Below the pieces are notes generated by a model that was given only the letters and a program-made list of their open reading frames with translations, was not told the DNA's origin and ran no database searches. The translations under genes were made by a program, and so were the position numbers. A stretch of DNA of 64,000 nt from positions 83,756-147,755 of the forward strand of contig NW_027271623.1 of the NCBI RefSeq assembly GCF_040938485.1. The letters are read 5' to 3'. Below are positions 38,801-51,195 of the stretch, one piece after another. The stretch comes from Diadema antillarum. Lineage: Eukaryota. Positions within the stretch are counted from its first letter, which is position 1; each line of letters opens with the position of its first letter.

Positions 38801-41469
38801 TGCAAGTCCAATGGTTTATGGTCATTTCAATGAAATGTTGGTACATTTCTTCCTTCATCAGAGCAAGGTTGCCTTCACGTATCTACCACTGCAGAGAGTC
38901 ATTACATTTCTGTTAAATTACTGTAACAGCTAGTAATATTGATGCCTGTCACCCAGAGCTAATCAGCTAAAATTGGCTGAGTTATAAAAGGAAAATGTTC
39001 CTAAAAAGGAAAGAAGAAAAAAGAATAAACCAGCAATACACTACATACAGAACATAACCACAGACACTGAAAAAAAACTCATGAAATCAAGAGAACAGGG
39101 TGGTTTCCTTAATCCCTGACACCAATCTTCTGAGGACTTGATAACATTAACAAGCTACTATACTCCCTCATGTACAATTGTACATGTACGTGTTTAAGAA
39201 TGCATGGAATCCACTTCCATTTGAAGTGGCTTCACTACCTCTGTGACCTCTGCGACAAGAAAATATATGCATTAAGACTATGCAGTGGTGGATTCAGAAG
39301 GGGGCGCACCGGGTGTGCTCCCCCTCTTTATTTTTGGTTAAAAGAAACGAAATAAAAAGAAAAAAAAAATGGGAGGAGGGTGCATGAACCCCCTTTTTTA
39401 ATTTGGTAGAGGAGCACCCCCCCCCCCCCCCCTTTACAAAATTTCTGGATCCGCGATCAGTCTGTATCTGGTCGTTTGGGAAATGTTCTGCGGAGACTGC
39501 GTCTGGCTTCATGGGAAGAGAGCAAGAACGTCAAAAAATAAAAGACTCCTCCGGACAGACGGATTCTGTTTAGATCCGCCCCTGGCCCTGCAATAAGTAT
39601 GCTAAATTGTTAACCAGTCTTTTGGTATATAATCTAGGGCTTGGCCTTACGGCTACTGCGCTACAGTTACAGGTTTTTCAATAGCAGCTAGGGCAGGTGT
39701 CACAAGGCATGCAGGATCTTTAATGCAGAATAAGCAATGGTTAATAAACTCTCCGGTATCTTGTTAAATCTAGATACATTGCAGTCCACTCTACTGCCTC
39801 GACCATTAGGTCTAATTATTGACATTCGAGATTTAGCGTACTCTACTGTCTCTATTGCAGTATAGAGATTTGATGCGTGTTGACAACAGTAACATTTCAA
39901 ATTTAGACACCTATCAATAATCAAACCGGTCGAAGAGAAAATAAAATGGCACGCCAATAAAATATTCAGCATCAAATCTTCTTATCGACAGCTGAACGAA
40001 AACGTTCTCCCCATCATTGCTTACAACACATTGTAATTGGGTTGTCACGTTAACAAAACGTAAATTTGCAATACATCATGATGATGAGAAAGTAATTTGG
40101 TGTCTACTTACGTCAATGGAAGGTGGACAGCGTGAAGTTACCACAGTCCGGGGCAGTAGCACTCTAAACAGTACTTACTTCAGCTTCATCTTGCACTAAA
40201 TTGCACTAAGACTCTCGCAACGAAACACAACCCCTTTTTATAGTATTCCACAGTTTTACTTACCGTCAAGGAGCACTGCTGTTGCAACGTCCCTCGCAAT
40301 GTTCTTGTGAATGAAACAGGCGTAGGCTTAAACTATTGCATGTCCTGTTGCAATCCTATAACGAGCGCTGAGTACAGTATTCTCCCACTCGACTCAGGTT
40401 TCCTCTTCCGCCCTATAGAAACGTCCATACGCACCTGTCCTGTGGGCCTGTACGATCTATAAATAAACATTACATAATTTGATTTTACGAGTCGTGTTGC
40501 AACAACAGACCAATCGCTGGGCTGCATTTGGCCCCCAACCCCTGGGAACGCCTCGCTCATGCTGAAAATTAAATAGCAATTTGCATAACAAATGAGATGA
40601 CGTTTTTCTGATGTCACAGTAGGTGACGCGACGCGGGCCTCGAAACCTGGCAAATGGGGGACACTGGGGGAGCAGCTGTGTTAGAGTTCTAAGTGAATTT
40701 TGAAGTGTGCATCGACATCAAAGAATTTTGGTTGACATATCTAGCTTCAGGTTTCTATTCTTTGTGAGATGATGACAAACCTCATATGAAGTGTGAAAGA
40801 GCATGTAACTCTAACAGGAATTCAACGTTTATTTGAATTAAATTAGTTTTGAAATGGCTGAGATATCGAAAACAGAGCGATCCTAATAAACGGTAGGACC
40901 CACATTTCATTACGATCACTTTGTTTTACTTTGTTTCATTTGGGGATGTCTCAGCCACTCCGTAACCGATTTTCATCAAATAGACTTTGAATTCCTTTTA
41001 GAATGGTATGCTATGTACTATTTCATACTTGGTTTCTTTTTATCTTGCAAAATGTTGAAGGCCCAATAATCATCTCAATCACTACTATACCTTACACGTG
41101 TGTGCATATATTTCTATTACCCTATAAGGTTCATATTCATGTTTTCAGAGTGAACCCAGTGTTAACCAATATGCTCAAGCTGTCATTGCTGGTGTATTGC
41201 GTGAGATTATCAATGGACCCCACCCCAGCACAACCGGACAGTTTGCAGTTATTTGTGTGTTTCGAGTGTCGGTTAAAAAACTCCACAATATACTGCACAC
41301 ACTCTCCAAAAATACCATATAAAGAAAGAGTTTAACAGAAGCAATATTATCCGTGACTTAATTCTGAAATGTGTTGTAAACTATAAGCCAGCTATGTAAC
41401 AGAATGAATCTACATAATCAAACCTTGAAAACAGAGTATTTTACAATAATTTACACAGGAATCCTCTCT

Positions 41470-41581
41470 CAAGACAATAATAATAATAGTAGTAGTAATG
41501 ATGTTAAAAATAATAATAATGATAATAATGATAATGATGATGATGATGATAATAATAATAATGATAATAATAATAATAATT

Positions 41582-41619
<38 letters not shown>

Positions 41620-41625
41620 AACAAT
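41470..41625. repeat. Imperfect trinucleotide (AAT/GAT)n array
   Basis: aataataatagtagtagtaatgatg...ataataataat, read directly. Its translation gives the spurious poly-N/poly-I ORFs 41404-41710. Confidence 0.8.
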
Positions 41626-41746
41626 TATGATAAGTGGGACATCATGCGGTACTTGTAATGCGCCATCAACCTATGTTGCCTATTCAAGTGAGGCGCAGTG
41701 GGGCATATAATTATGAGAGTGGGAAGAAAAAGGGAGCGATAGAAAT

Positions 41747-41769
41747 ATCTATCTATCTATCTATCTATC

Positions 41770-41818
<49 letters not shown>
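41747..41818. repeat. (ATCT)n followed by (TA)n microsatellite
   Basis: Read directly. Confidence 0.85.
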
Positions 41819-41820
<2 letters not shown>

Positions 41821-43084
41821 CTATTTTTATTTATTACAAGCAATCCAACAAATATCCAACCACAGAAAGATGTAAATGTTGTAGTGTATCGGTGTAACTA
41901 CTCGGGATCGATATGTTCGTTGTTTGATGTAGAGGCATCATCCAGTCCAGGGCTATGTACAAGTAGACATCAGAGAAACATAAGCTCCTCCTGAAACTGG
42001 ATTTGTAGTTCAGAGTACGTAGCTTTATTTCTTGAGTTTAAAGTTTTGACTCAGTTATATAAGTAGATAGATAGATAAGTAAATAAATAATAGTGAAAGT
42101 TTTATCATAAAGAATTCGTACAGAAACAAAAGGTGATCTGTGATCTTTCACGAATCACTTAATAAAAAAAAAAAACTAACCACACACACACACACACATA
42201 CTCACAAGCACTCACACACAAGCACACACATGGGATTAAACCATGTTTTCGTAGATGGCGCCATTTCGAAAATACCGCAACCGCACTGTTGGTTTGCATA
42301 AAAGACTTTTTTTTTTGCGCCACAATTAATAATTCGACCAAAATAGACATTTCCTATAATAACAGCATTCTGATTTGCTTTTAAGGCAAATTGTCAAAAT
42401 CGACCTCTCGACGGGTTGAAAGCGAGGAATTTCAAAACATAAGAATGATGAAGAAGGCAACAATTTCAAATCATTCAAATGGTTACGCAAAACAACAGGA
42501 ATGAACATGATTATCATAAATATGAGAAGAACAGCAAGATACATATTATAGGATCAAGAGTGAGAAAAAACAAAAAGATAGAGGAAGAGAGAGCAAAGGT
42601 ACTCCATCTGTGATTCCGCTTTTGCTCTTTATACTATTGGGGACAAACTTAGATGAAGAGTAAAATGAATTATGGAAATAAGTCTAAAATGCGAAGCATG
42701 ATCACATTTCTGAATGTTACAATGTGATAGAAGCTTTTAGATCAAATGTCATTCAACATTCATAACAGTGAAAACGTACTTTACATTATTCATAATCATG
42801 TAATCACCATTTTCCAAGTCATGTTAATTACTTCTCAAATAGTTGTCTGACGTTCAGCCTTGTACCATCAACACCTGATATAGTAGCGTTTCCCACAAGG
42901 GTGTTGTATAAGGCACATGTTAACATGTCTAATGTCAGCATCGTATGAAAGATAGATTGATGAATATAATTACTGGGTAACAAGACGCCGACAGTCGTAC
43001 CATGTCAATGTGGTTATTTTGTGATTCATAATTATCTACGAAGTAAATCAAGATTTAATTACATACCCTTATGCCATGTACTAA

Positions 43085-43105
43085 CACACACACACACACA
43101 CACAC

Positions 43106-43160
<55 letters not shown>
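43085..43160. repeat. (CA)n followed by (TA)n microsatellite
   Basis: Read directly. Confidence 0.85.
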
Positions 43161-43340
43161 CGTATTATCACAAAAGACTCAACAAAAAAGAATGTGAAGT
43201 AGCATTTTTCTTGGAATGCAGAAAATATCAAAAGACGATTTGGGACTATTGAATAGCGACGAATATCATCACGAGTGTACTTGTATGTTTGTATATGACA
43301 AGCACAAAGGAAACGGGAGTGTTGAGTCACAAGTACAATT

Positions 43341-43596
43341 GAAGAGTTTGTTCGCAAAAACCGATAAGTCCATTTTTGAAGATTTTGAAGTACGGTCTCT
43401 GTCATAAAGTACAAAATAATACCTTTTAAATGATATATTGGTCACTAGATATGAAAGTACATTTTTGAAGTTATGGTCAAAAGAAGCAAAAATTTTTTTT
43501 ATTATTCTCTTTAGTTTTCTTGACCTTTAATCGCAAATATCTCCATTTGGCAAATACAATTGTATGGACTTATCGGTTTTTGCGAACAAACTCTTC
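43341..43596. mobile_element. MITE family C, copy 2
   Basis: TIR GAAGAGTTTGTTCGCAAAAACCGATAAGTCC ... GGACTTATCGGTTTTTGCGAACAAACTCTTC, flanked by AATT on both sides (candidate 4-bp TSD). Homologous to 20809-21053. Confidence 0.55.
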
Positions 43597-44282
43597 AATT
43601 TGTGTGTATTAGGCGTAATATTGAATTCTCTAGATTTATATTTCCGAGTCTAATTGAGCAAATGTTGTGTATAATCATACACTCCCCTCTAGTAAAAGGC
43701 AAAATACTCTGTCGTTCATATAGGACATAAAATGGAGATCCATTACAACTCATGTACGTAAAAATCCCGCTTCATTCATTCATTTCAAAGAGCAGGATGC
43801 ATATCCCGGTGATTACAAGTGGTCCCGCCTCACATCCCACTGGACCCCATGTATAGAAGACCACGCGCGCGATAAAATGCAGCTGAATATAGGCAATCAA
43901 TCCATCGCTATGTCAAATATAATCATATCATGTGTTGTCATCGAACTGATCAATTCAATATTTGAATCTGTAGACCTATTTCAATGCAATGCTTTTTCCT
44001 TACTTCTCAATCACAGTTCGCGGTAATTAAAGCTCTTTATCATACTGTACCTGCCAATTTAAAGATAATTATCATGGTTTGTTACATTACTTCAAGGATC
44101 TTTCAGATGAAGTTCTTATCATGTTTTCTATATTTTTCTATATTTCTTTCTACAGAGTTTCTTTGTCAAGCACAACAAAAAATATAAAAAAGAACAAGAT
44201 AAAAGGCTAATTTCTGGTGCCCCCTCCGGACAATCGAAATAAAAGGTTACTGTCGAGCGTTGCCATATAGTTATATATATCT

Positions 44283-44286
<4 letters not shown>

Positions 44287-44330
<44 letters not shown>
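44287..44330. repeat. (TA)n microsatellite
   Basis: Read directly. Confidence 0.85.
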
Positions 44331-44334
<4 letters not shown>

Positions 44335-45341
44335 TGATCATGTTGGTTTTATTCCTGATTTTTTTTTCGTAAAATACAATGAGAAATTGCTATAAAACAA
44401 TAATGCAGATAAAATTCAAATAAACGTAGGAATTATCAGTTTCATAACAAGACTGCACTTGATCAGTTTTGCTGATAAGATAATATAAGAAGAAGCGACA
44501 TTACATCGTATATAATTATGTAAACGAGGGAGAAAGAAAAAAAACCCAATAAAAGTACAGCTTAGATGGAGCCTAATCATACATTTACAATACTTTGTAT
44601 ATTCTGTACATACCATCATGTACATTTACACCACAATATACCATTATTCTGTACCATCAATACATGCCACTGTGGTCTGTACATTTTAAGCACAGCATAT
44701 CTAGGAACAGACAACCTTTTGCCTAAGGACTGTGAAGAGTAGCACAAACCCTTGTCATTGGCATATCAGTTTATGAGATGTTTCTATGAAGTAATAATCG
44801 TACGTTCGGCTTACAGAGACATGCAGTTGATACACATTACATTTACATGCATCTCAGTTCACCTAGCCTCAAAGAATGTATATTCTCAAAATTTTACATG
44901 CAATGAATGACGGTGATTAGTATTTCACCAGCCTGAAGAACAAAATATTATCGGCTTGACTTTATTAGACTATGTTGTGATATGCAATGTGCCCGGAGCG
45001 GAATAAGAATGCGGAATGGTTCTTTATGTAATAAGAAATGACACAAAAATAAAAATAACATCGGAAAATACTCGCTGTGTAACATAGTTGTGAATTGTGA
45101 CTATTTGAAAGACAAGTACCATCCCATATGATACAAATTAGGCAGTACCTGTCAGCAAGTGCCAAGAAATGACAAACCTTTTGATATGAGCATTCATTTA
45201 GGCACGTGTAGCACAGATGAAGCCCATGACCATTATTATATGTGAACTTCAGTGATCTATTATTCAAGTCACAATTTCCCATTAAAATAATCTTTTCCCC
45301 AATAACTTGATGCTCAAAACCTCAAATCACGATTTCCATGT

Positions 45342-47066
45342 TTATTTTGCCTCAAATATGTATAGTCTGTCTGAAGTGCAGAAAGCTACCTCACCGCTCT
45401 CAAACTCTTGTAGATAGTACCAATTTCGTTTCATTGGTTTTTGTATTTTGAAGTCAGTGATGATACTACTCAGGTGCCCCAAATCTCTCGTGTAGCGATC
45501 GATACTGACGAGATCCTCCTTGAACCTCACCCAGGCTACAATGACTGAATCATCTCGACAAACAGCCACGAGGGGAAACATACCCTTCTTCTTCAAGACA
45601 TTCTCCTTCTTCCCGTCACCATCAAGACACACGACAGTTGAGGAATCTGTCAGTAACAGCTTCCCAGTGGTGCTTGGAAAGGAGAAAAATTGCTGAGGTG
45701 AATATCCATCACATGTTATTTCCCGGATTGCCTTACCACCCTGTGGGGTAAACACCTGGATATTTTTGAGCTTCATATAACCCACGTAGATATTATCGTC
45801 TCTACCCAGAGTGAGACCACCCGGCCCTCCTTCATCGAAACTCATCGTCTCGAACGTGACGTCAAGGTTCCCCCACTGAGGAGTGTACAGCACCATCTTA
45901 TTATTTTTATCACGTACAACACTTCGACCATCAGACAGGAATCCTAGGTTAGCCACACGGACATCCTTTAGCACGGTCTGCTGTAACTTGCCATCATGGG
46001 AGTAAAGATGGATTCCTCCTTTCTCCGATCCCACCGCCATCTTACCGTCTGGTGCACTTGTGATACAGTTCATGCTGCTTTTGACTCCGAGCTGTACGTC
46101 TGCTTTGACATCCCACGTATAATCTTTCAACTCTCCTAGACAAAGTTCATCGACCTTCACGCATCTACGGAATGAAATCTTCTGAGCTCGTTCTGTCACA
46201 CCTCTCAGTGATTGGTCGTCAGGATCATCTCGTCCAAGAAAGCTCTTCAAGTTCTCACACAGTGTGTCGTGTGCAATTAAGGTGTCTTTCTCTAGCGGTA
46301 CCCCCATACCGTTAGTTACCAGCTCTTCCATTGCGTTCATATGACTGATTGTTTGCCGACTCTCTTCCTCCAAGACTTGTAATTCTTTGTCGAATTTTTC
46401 AGACCATCGTTTCACTTGACATTTCAGCACTTCTCTCCTGTCTGACAACACTTGCATGTATTCCTCGAACGTCTTGTCGATGTCATCATTAAGATTTCTC
46501 AGCATAATTATTACTTCATTTCGTTTTGTCTCTATGACCTTCATATGGTTTTCAATTGTTGTTTTCTTTGATTTTACTCTTTCTTTCAACTCCCTGATAG
46601 TTTGAATTAAGTTCTCTTCATGTACTGCTGATTCTTCCAGCTTGTGTCCTTTTTGAGAATGCTCTATCACCCCGCACGTACTGCAAGTGTAGATCCGACA
46701 TCCGGTGCAGAAAAAGTCTTCATCATAATTAGGGTGTTTCGTACACAGTCGTCGCCTCTTACGCGGAACACTTTCCGAACACTTCTCGTCCGTGGGTATC
46801 ATTGAGTGGCTGGTTTTCGCTTCCTCCACGAGAGAACTCAGAGGTATGTTTGTTTGTAACTTATCCACATCTCCACTGGATAGGGACGTTCTTTTCCTGC
46901 ATACAGGGCATGTTATAGTTTGTTGGTTTGGCTGAGTTTGTAAGAAACTTTCCAGACAGTCTTTGCAGAAGGTGTGAGAACATTTCAGTAATTTCGGTTG
47001 GTCGAAGAGTGACAGACATATTGAACACTTCAAATTCTGGCTGCTGATTTGATGAAACGTTTCCAT
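45342..47066 (-). CDS. TRIM-family E3-ligase-like protein with RING (C3HC4), B-box2, coiled-coil and C-terminal NHL-like beta-propeller repeats. 574 aa, CDS uninterrupted.
   Basis: RING CSICLSLFDQPKLLKCSHTFCKDCL...CPVCR. B-box2 CTKHPNYDEDFFCTGCRIYTCSTCGVIEHSQKGH. About 150 aa of heptad-rich coiled coil. C-terminal repeats with NHL signature (DDNIYVGYMKLKNIQVFTPQGG, GIHLYSHDGKL, LGFLSDGRSV). Kozak caccATGG. AATAAA overlaps the TAA stop. Confidence 0.85.
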   Translation of the reverse strand: METFHQISSQNLKCSICLSLFDQPKLLKCSHTFCKDCLESFLQTQPNQQTITCPVCRKRTSLSSGDVDKLQTNIPLSSLVEEAKTSHSMIPTDEKCSESVPRKRRRLCTKHPNYDEDFFCTGCRIYTCSTCGVIEHSQKGHKLEESAVHEENLIQTIRELKERVKSKKTTIENHMKVIETKRNEVIIMLRNLNDDIDKTFEEYMQVLSDRREVLKCQVKRWSEKFDKELQVLEEESRQTISHMNAMEELVTNGMGVPLEKDTLIAHDTLCENLKSFLGRDDPDDQSLRGVTERAQKISFRRCVKVDELCLGELKDYTWDVKADVQLGVKSSMNCITSAPDGKMAVGSEKGGIHLYSHDGKLQQTVLKDVRVANLGFLSDGRSVVRDKNNKMVLYTPQWGNLDVTFETMSFDEGGPGGLTLGRDDNIYVGYMKLKNIQVFTPQGGKAIREITCDGYSPQQFFSFPSTTGKLLLTDSSTVVCLDGDGKKENVLKKKGMFPLVAVCRDDSVIVAWVRFKEDLVSIDRYTRDLGHLSSIITDFKIQKPMKRNWYYLQEFESGEVAFCTSDRLYIFEAK

Positions 47067-47110
47067 GGTGTTTGTCTATTAAAGGAGAAACACAGAGCGG
47101 TAAATATATC
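47067..47110 (-). promoter_or_regulatory. 3' splice acceptor of a 5'UTR intron, 9 nt upstream of the TRIM start codon (gtgtttctcctttaatag|ACAAACACC ATG)
   Basis: A Py-tract plus TAG acceptor read on the minus strand. The same arrangement is conserved upstream of the paralog at 62096-62130. Confidence 0.4.
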
Positions 47111-47578
47111 AACCAATGTGAGCAGAATTAATCGCATGGTTTAATAGAAACGGGAGGATCAATGCCAGACATGCTCTGACATTCTTTGCATTCTGTAAAA
47201 CACAATGAAGCAATGAGGCACAAGTTAGCATAATTGCGTGATTGCCGTTTATCACTTCATCGTGGTGTTATTTTAGGATAAATACTGTATTTTTGGGCTC
47301 AATGATACTGATTTATGGCAGTTCATTTAAGAAAAGGAGGTCACAACCTGTCATAAAATGCTTCATCTTAGAATGAATGTCATATTTTTTATTCTTAATG
47401 AAGACTCTGTGGGATCACATTTCGTAAAAACAGTTCGTAGAAACAAATCGTAGAAATCAAAGCGAAAAGTAAAAAAAAAACAAACCCGCATTTTCTTCAA
47501 GAGTCCAAATTCAATAAAAAGGAAGTCTCGCAAAACGCAAATCAGAAATTGCAAACTTGCTGTCTATATATGTGTATG

Positions 47579-47614
<36 letters not shown>

Positions 47615-47773
47615 CACACATACAACGTAATAATATATTTTTGTTATACAATTGTTTGTATTTGTATTTGCTTCATGACATGTCTTTTTCATGTACAAAT
47701 CGTTTTTTGATAAGGAAATGATAAAAATGAAATAAAATGAAATATATGCGAATCTATGTATATAGTTTGAATG

Positions 47774-47776
<3 letters not shown>

Positions 47777-47816
<40 letters not shown>

Positions 47817-47840
47817 AGAGAGAGAGAGAGGGAGAGAGAG
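47777..47840. repeat. (TA)n followed by (GA)n microsatellite
   Basis: Read directly. Confidence 0.85.
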
Positions 47841-49439
47841 TGCGAGAAGGAGTCCCGACCGCGTACAGAACCAGTGTAGCTCCTTCATTATTTATTCAGT
47901 GCTTTGCAATAAACCACGTTGAACTATAGCTACATCCGTTGAATGCTTCATTTCTCGCACTATATGTATTATATATAATACTGTAAATACACATTTTTTT
48001 TGGTTTCTTTTTCCAACAAAATCACCTAATTTCATTTTTTTGTTGGCCCAGCAATGAAATTCTGTGTCCCGAAAAAAAATAAAAGTAATTATCAATTATA
48101 ATCAAGTGTAAGTTAGCGGGTATTTACAGCTTCAATATTACATAGAATTGAGGTATCACATATTCATATTTATAGCATATTATAGACCTACTTCTATCTT
48201 CGGTAGAACAAACTTGGTTATGGAATCTGACAGTGAAAAAAATTTTGTTTGGCAAAATTTGGCCGTTAAGACATACCATTGGTAGCCGTGATATCTGACA
48301 TTATTGTAGCAGCATCTAGCTTAAATGCACGCAGTTAATAAGGTGCGAGTTTTTCTACCTTTATTTGGACGAGAATTTAAGAGCACATAAAAGTGTTCGA
48401 AATATCGCAATACAACAGAGAGTTGTATTGCGAAAAATACATGGGGTGATTCGAGCATCTAATGAAGGGATGTCTCCTTGAATCCTTACCCTATAGCTGT
48501 ATTTTCAGAGTAGCCAGATTTTCAAAACGTCGATAACACTTCAATTTCAATTTCAAAGCTTATTTCATTTTTCGACAAAACATATATGTTTGACTTCCTT
48601 TGATAACAGAGAACAAGGTAAACAGAACATTGTGAAATGAAAAGACTGTATACAATAATTGAGGACCTTATAATAATTATGCATTGTAGTAAAAAAGAAA
48701 CAGAAGCGATCGAAGTGAAGTACATGTATAACCTTGCTTAGAGCGCGAAAAATGGAGGGACCCACTAAAAAGACAGAGCTAGTAGATTGTGGGCCCCTCT
48801 TGAAAAGAACATCGATGGAAAGATAAATTGAAGCATCGTAAATATAAAAAAAAGAAAGAAGAGGAAGAAGTCTGGAAGCCCACTGAAAATTATAGATTTA
48901 CAAATAAATACACTTTAATACTCGCGAACAAATATGAAACATGACTATAGACAACAAAACAACTACTGAATAAACATTGTCAATATATCATGCTATTTCT
49001 GATGCAATCGCAACGTAACACTATGACTCGTGATACTGTTAAGCGTATCTTTTAGTAGTAACCGGTAACGATGCGAGAGTGTAACATGTACTATATGAGT
49101 GGGGGTCTGTTATGTCTTTTGAACAACGTGCTTCACGTCATTACTTAAATGGCCAAATGTTACAAGTACGAATTCAAGAACAGGCACTACTGCTCGTGAT
49201 AATGATAATGATTATGATAATGATTATGATAATGATTATGATAAAAATGATGAAAATGGTAATGATAATGGTATAATGGCTATATAGAATAGCAAATATA
49301 CACACAGACTTGCACTCATATATTCTCTAAAAATGGATAAATTCAAATTCGTAAATAACTATAAAGGATACATACTGTATTTATAATAATATGTATACAT
49401 AAGAAACATTTTGGTGACGAATATGACCATGCATATTTT

Positions 49440-50160
49440 TCAAGAAGGAGAGGAAAATATAAAGATTAGCCCCCAATTTGTTCCTCACCCACCCCCGGCC
49501 CCACCCAATGTCTCCCATGAACAAAATATAAACTATACAGTCACCACTCTACTTACTCATAGCACCAACTTACTTTATCAATTCTGGTTAAAGAAAAGAA
49601 GAGTTCTTCAAGATTCCTTAGTTTTCGGGGTTGTTTTACCCCTCACCCCCCCCCCCCCCCCCCACCTCACTCCCTCACTCCCGCGGGCCCCAAGTGAGGA
49701 ATGGTGCCCAATTGTACAAAGATATTCTATTATCTTGCAATAATATCTGCTAAGTTTGGTAAAAATCTGACCATGCGCTTTCAAGAAGATAACAATTTGA
49801 AAATTTGGCCCCTATTTGATTCTCAACCCGCCCATGCCCCGATATGCCATGAGCAAAGTTATAAGTACAGTCACCAATCTATTTACTCATAGCACTAACT
49901 TACGAGGGAAGAAGATTTGTAACGATTCTTTAGTTTGGGGGCTTTGTCCAATAGCCCTCACCCCACACCAGGAGCATTCGATCACCCAGTGATGATGCCT
50001 GCCAAGTTTAGGAAAAGTTTGACTGGGCATTTTCAAAAAGAAGAAGAGGAAAATGTTAAATTTGCGCCCCAATTTGGATCCTCTACGGTCCCATAAGGGG
50101 ACACTCCGGGATACGCTGTGAACAAACCTGAAAATACGGTCACCATTGTATAAGCGCTAT
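49440..50160. repeat. Diverged tandem array, about 3 units of roughly 230-270 bp (CCCCAATTTG..CACC..CATG(A/C)(A/G)CAAA.TATAA.TA.AGTCACCA.TCTA(C/T)TTACTCATAGCAC.AACTTAC...)
   Basis: Units recognisable at about 49455, 49775 and 50035, sharing ordered sequence blocks. The ORFs here (49411-49743 etc.) are spurious. Confidence 0.5.
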
Positions 50161-51142
50161 ATTAAAAAGGTCTATCACATCTTGTTCTGTATATACGTAT
50201 ATAGATAGATTTTTAAAGATTCCTTAATGGGATTTTGGCAATAGCTCACTTGAGCTTTTGGCTCAGATGAACTAACAAGAGTCGGTTTTTATATGGTGGT
50301 TATTCTTTGTATTAACAGCCCATAATATGTTGTATAAAGGGCACAACTAACATGCAAAGTATATATAGTGAAGGGGAGTTATGGTTATCATAGCATTAAC
50401 TTATAATCATTACAAAATAATTTCCATGAAATGTTCAGCAAAAATACCAACTATGAAAATTTTGATCATAATACCATGGTGATGCCAATAATGATAACAA
50501 TAGCAATGATGACAACAATGCAGACAATTCAGATTCATCAGCATTAATGTTGTTGATATTACGAGCTGGAACATTCCTTGGCTTGGAAGTGAGTTTTGAT
50601 AGGTTGAAGGTATAGGGTATTATATACTACACATCATGACACATATACAATTTTGAATGACAGAAAGTATCCATAAATGTTCAGTTGCTAAACGGAAAGT
50701 CTTGGGTTAGGAGGAGCTGACGGGGTAAAGGGGTTGGTCATGTTGGTTGCATGAGGCCCATAGGACACGTAGGAGGAACGCAGAGGGCTTCATCTTAGAT
50801 AGTATTTACTTGTTGTTGTTTTCTTTGGGGGGGGGGGGGGGAGGGACAAGATGCAAAAAAAAAAAGAATTGGGGATTTCAAAGTAGTAATAATGATGATA
50901 ACTAGAGTTCTACGAGTAGCTTGCCATCACTGAAGAGTCACCGAGACATGCTACAGCACTGAAGATGAATGAGACGAAAAAAAAAATATATATGAAAAAA
51001 ACTATAATCATGATAATGAACACTATGATATTGGATATACAATCAGCCAGTGGTACTAAAATTTGAGGTTGGAAATTGACTCTAAGACACCTGAGGAAAT
51101 ACTACGCGACAATTAGGCCTACCACATCCCAAAGAAACCTAC

Positions 51143-51144
<2 letters not shown>

Positions 51145-51188
<44 letters not shown>
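51145..51188. repeat. (CA)n microsatellite
   Basis: Read directly. Confidence 0.85.

Positions 51189-51195
<7 letters not shown>

Noticed and set aside
39280-39440. GC-rich segment with short palindromes (GGGGGCGCACCGGGTGTGCTCCCCC) considered as a structured ncRNA
   Set aside because: It holds only short imperfect hairpins adjacent to homopolymer C/G/A runs, with no covariation or recognisable family. More likely low-complexity sequence.
41404-41994. ORFs 41404-41658, 41498-41710, 41634-41897 and 41773-41994 (poly-N, poly-I, YIYIYI)
   Set aside because: Translations of trinucleotide and (TA)n microsatellites.
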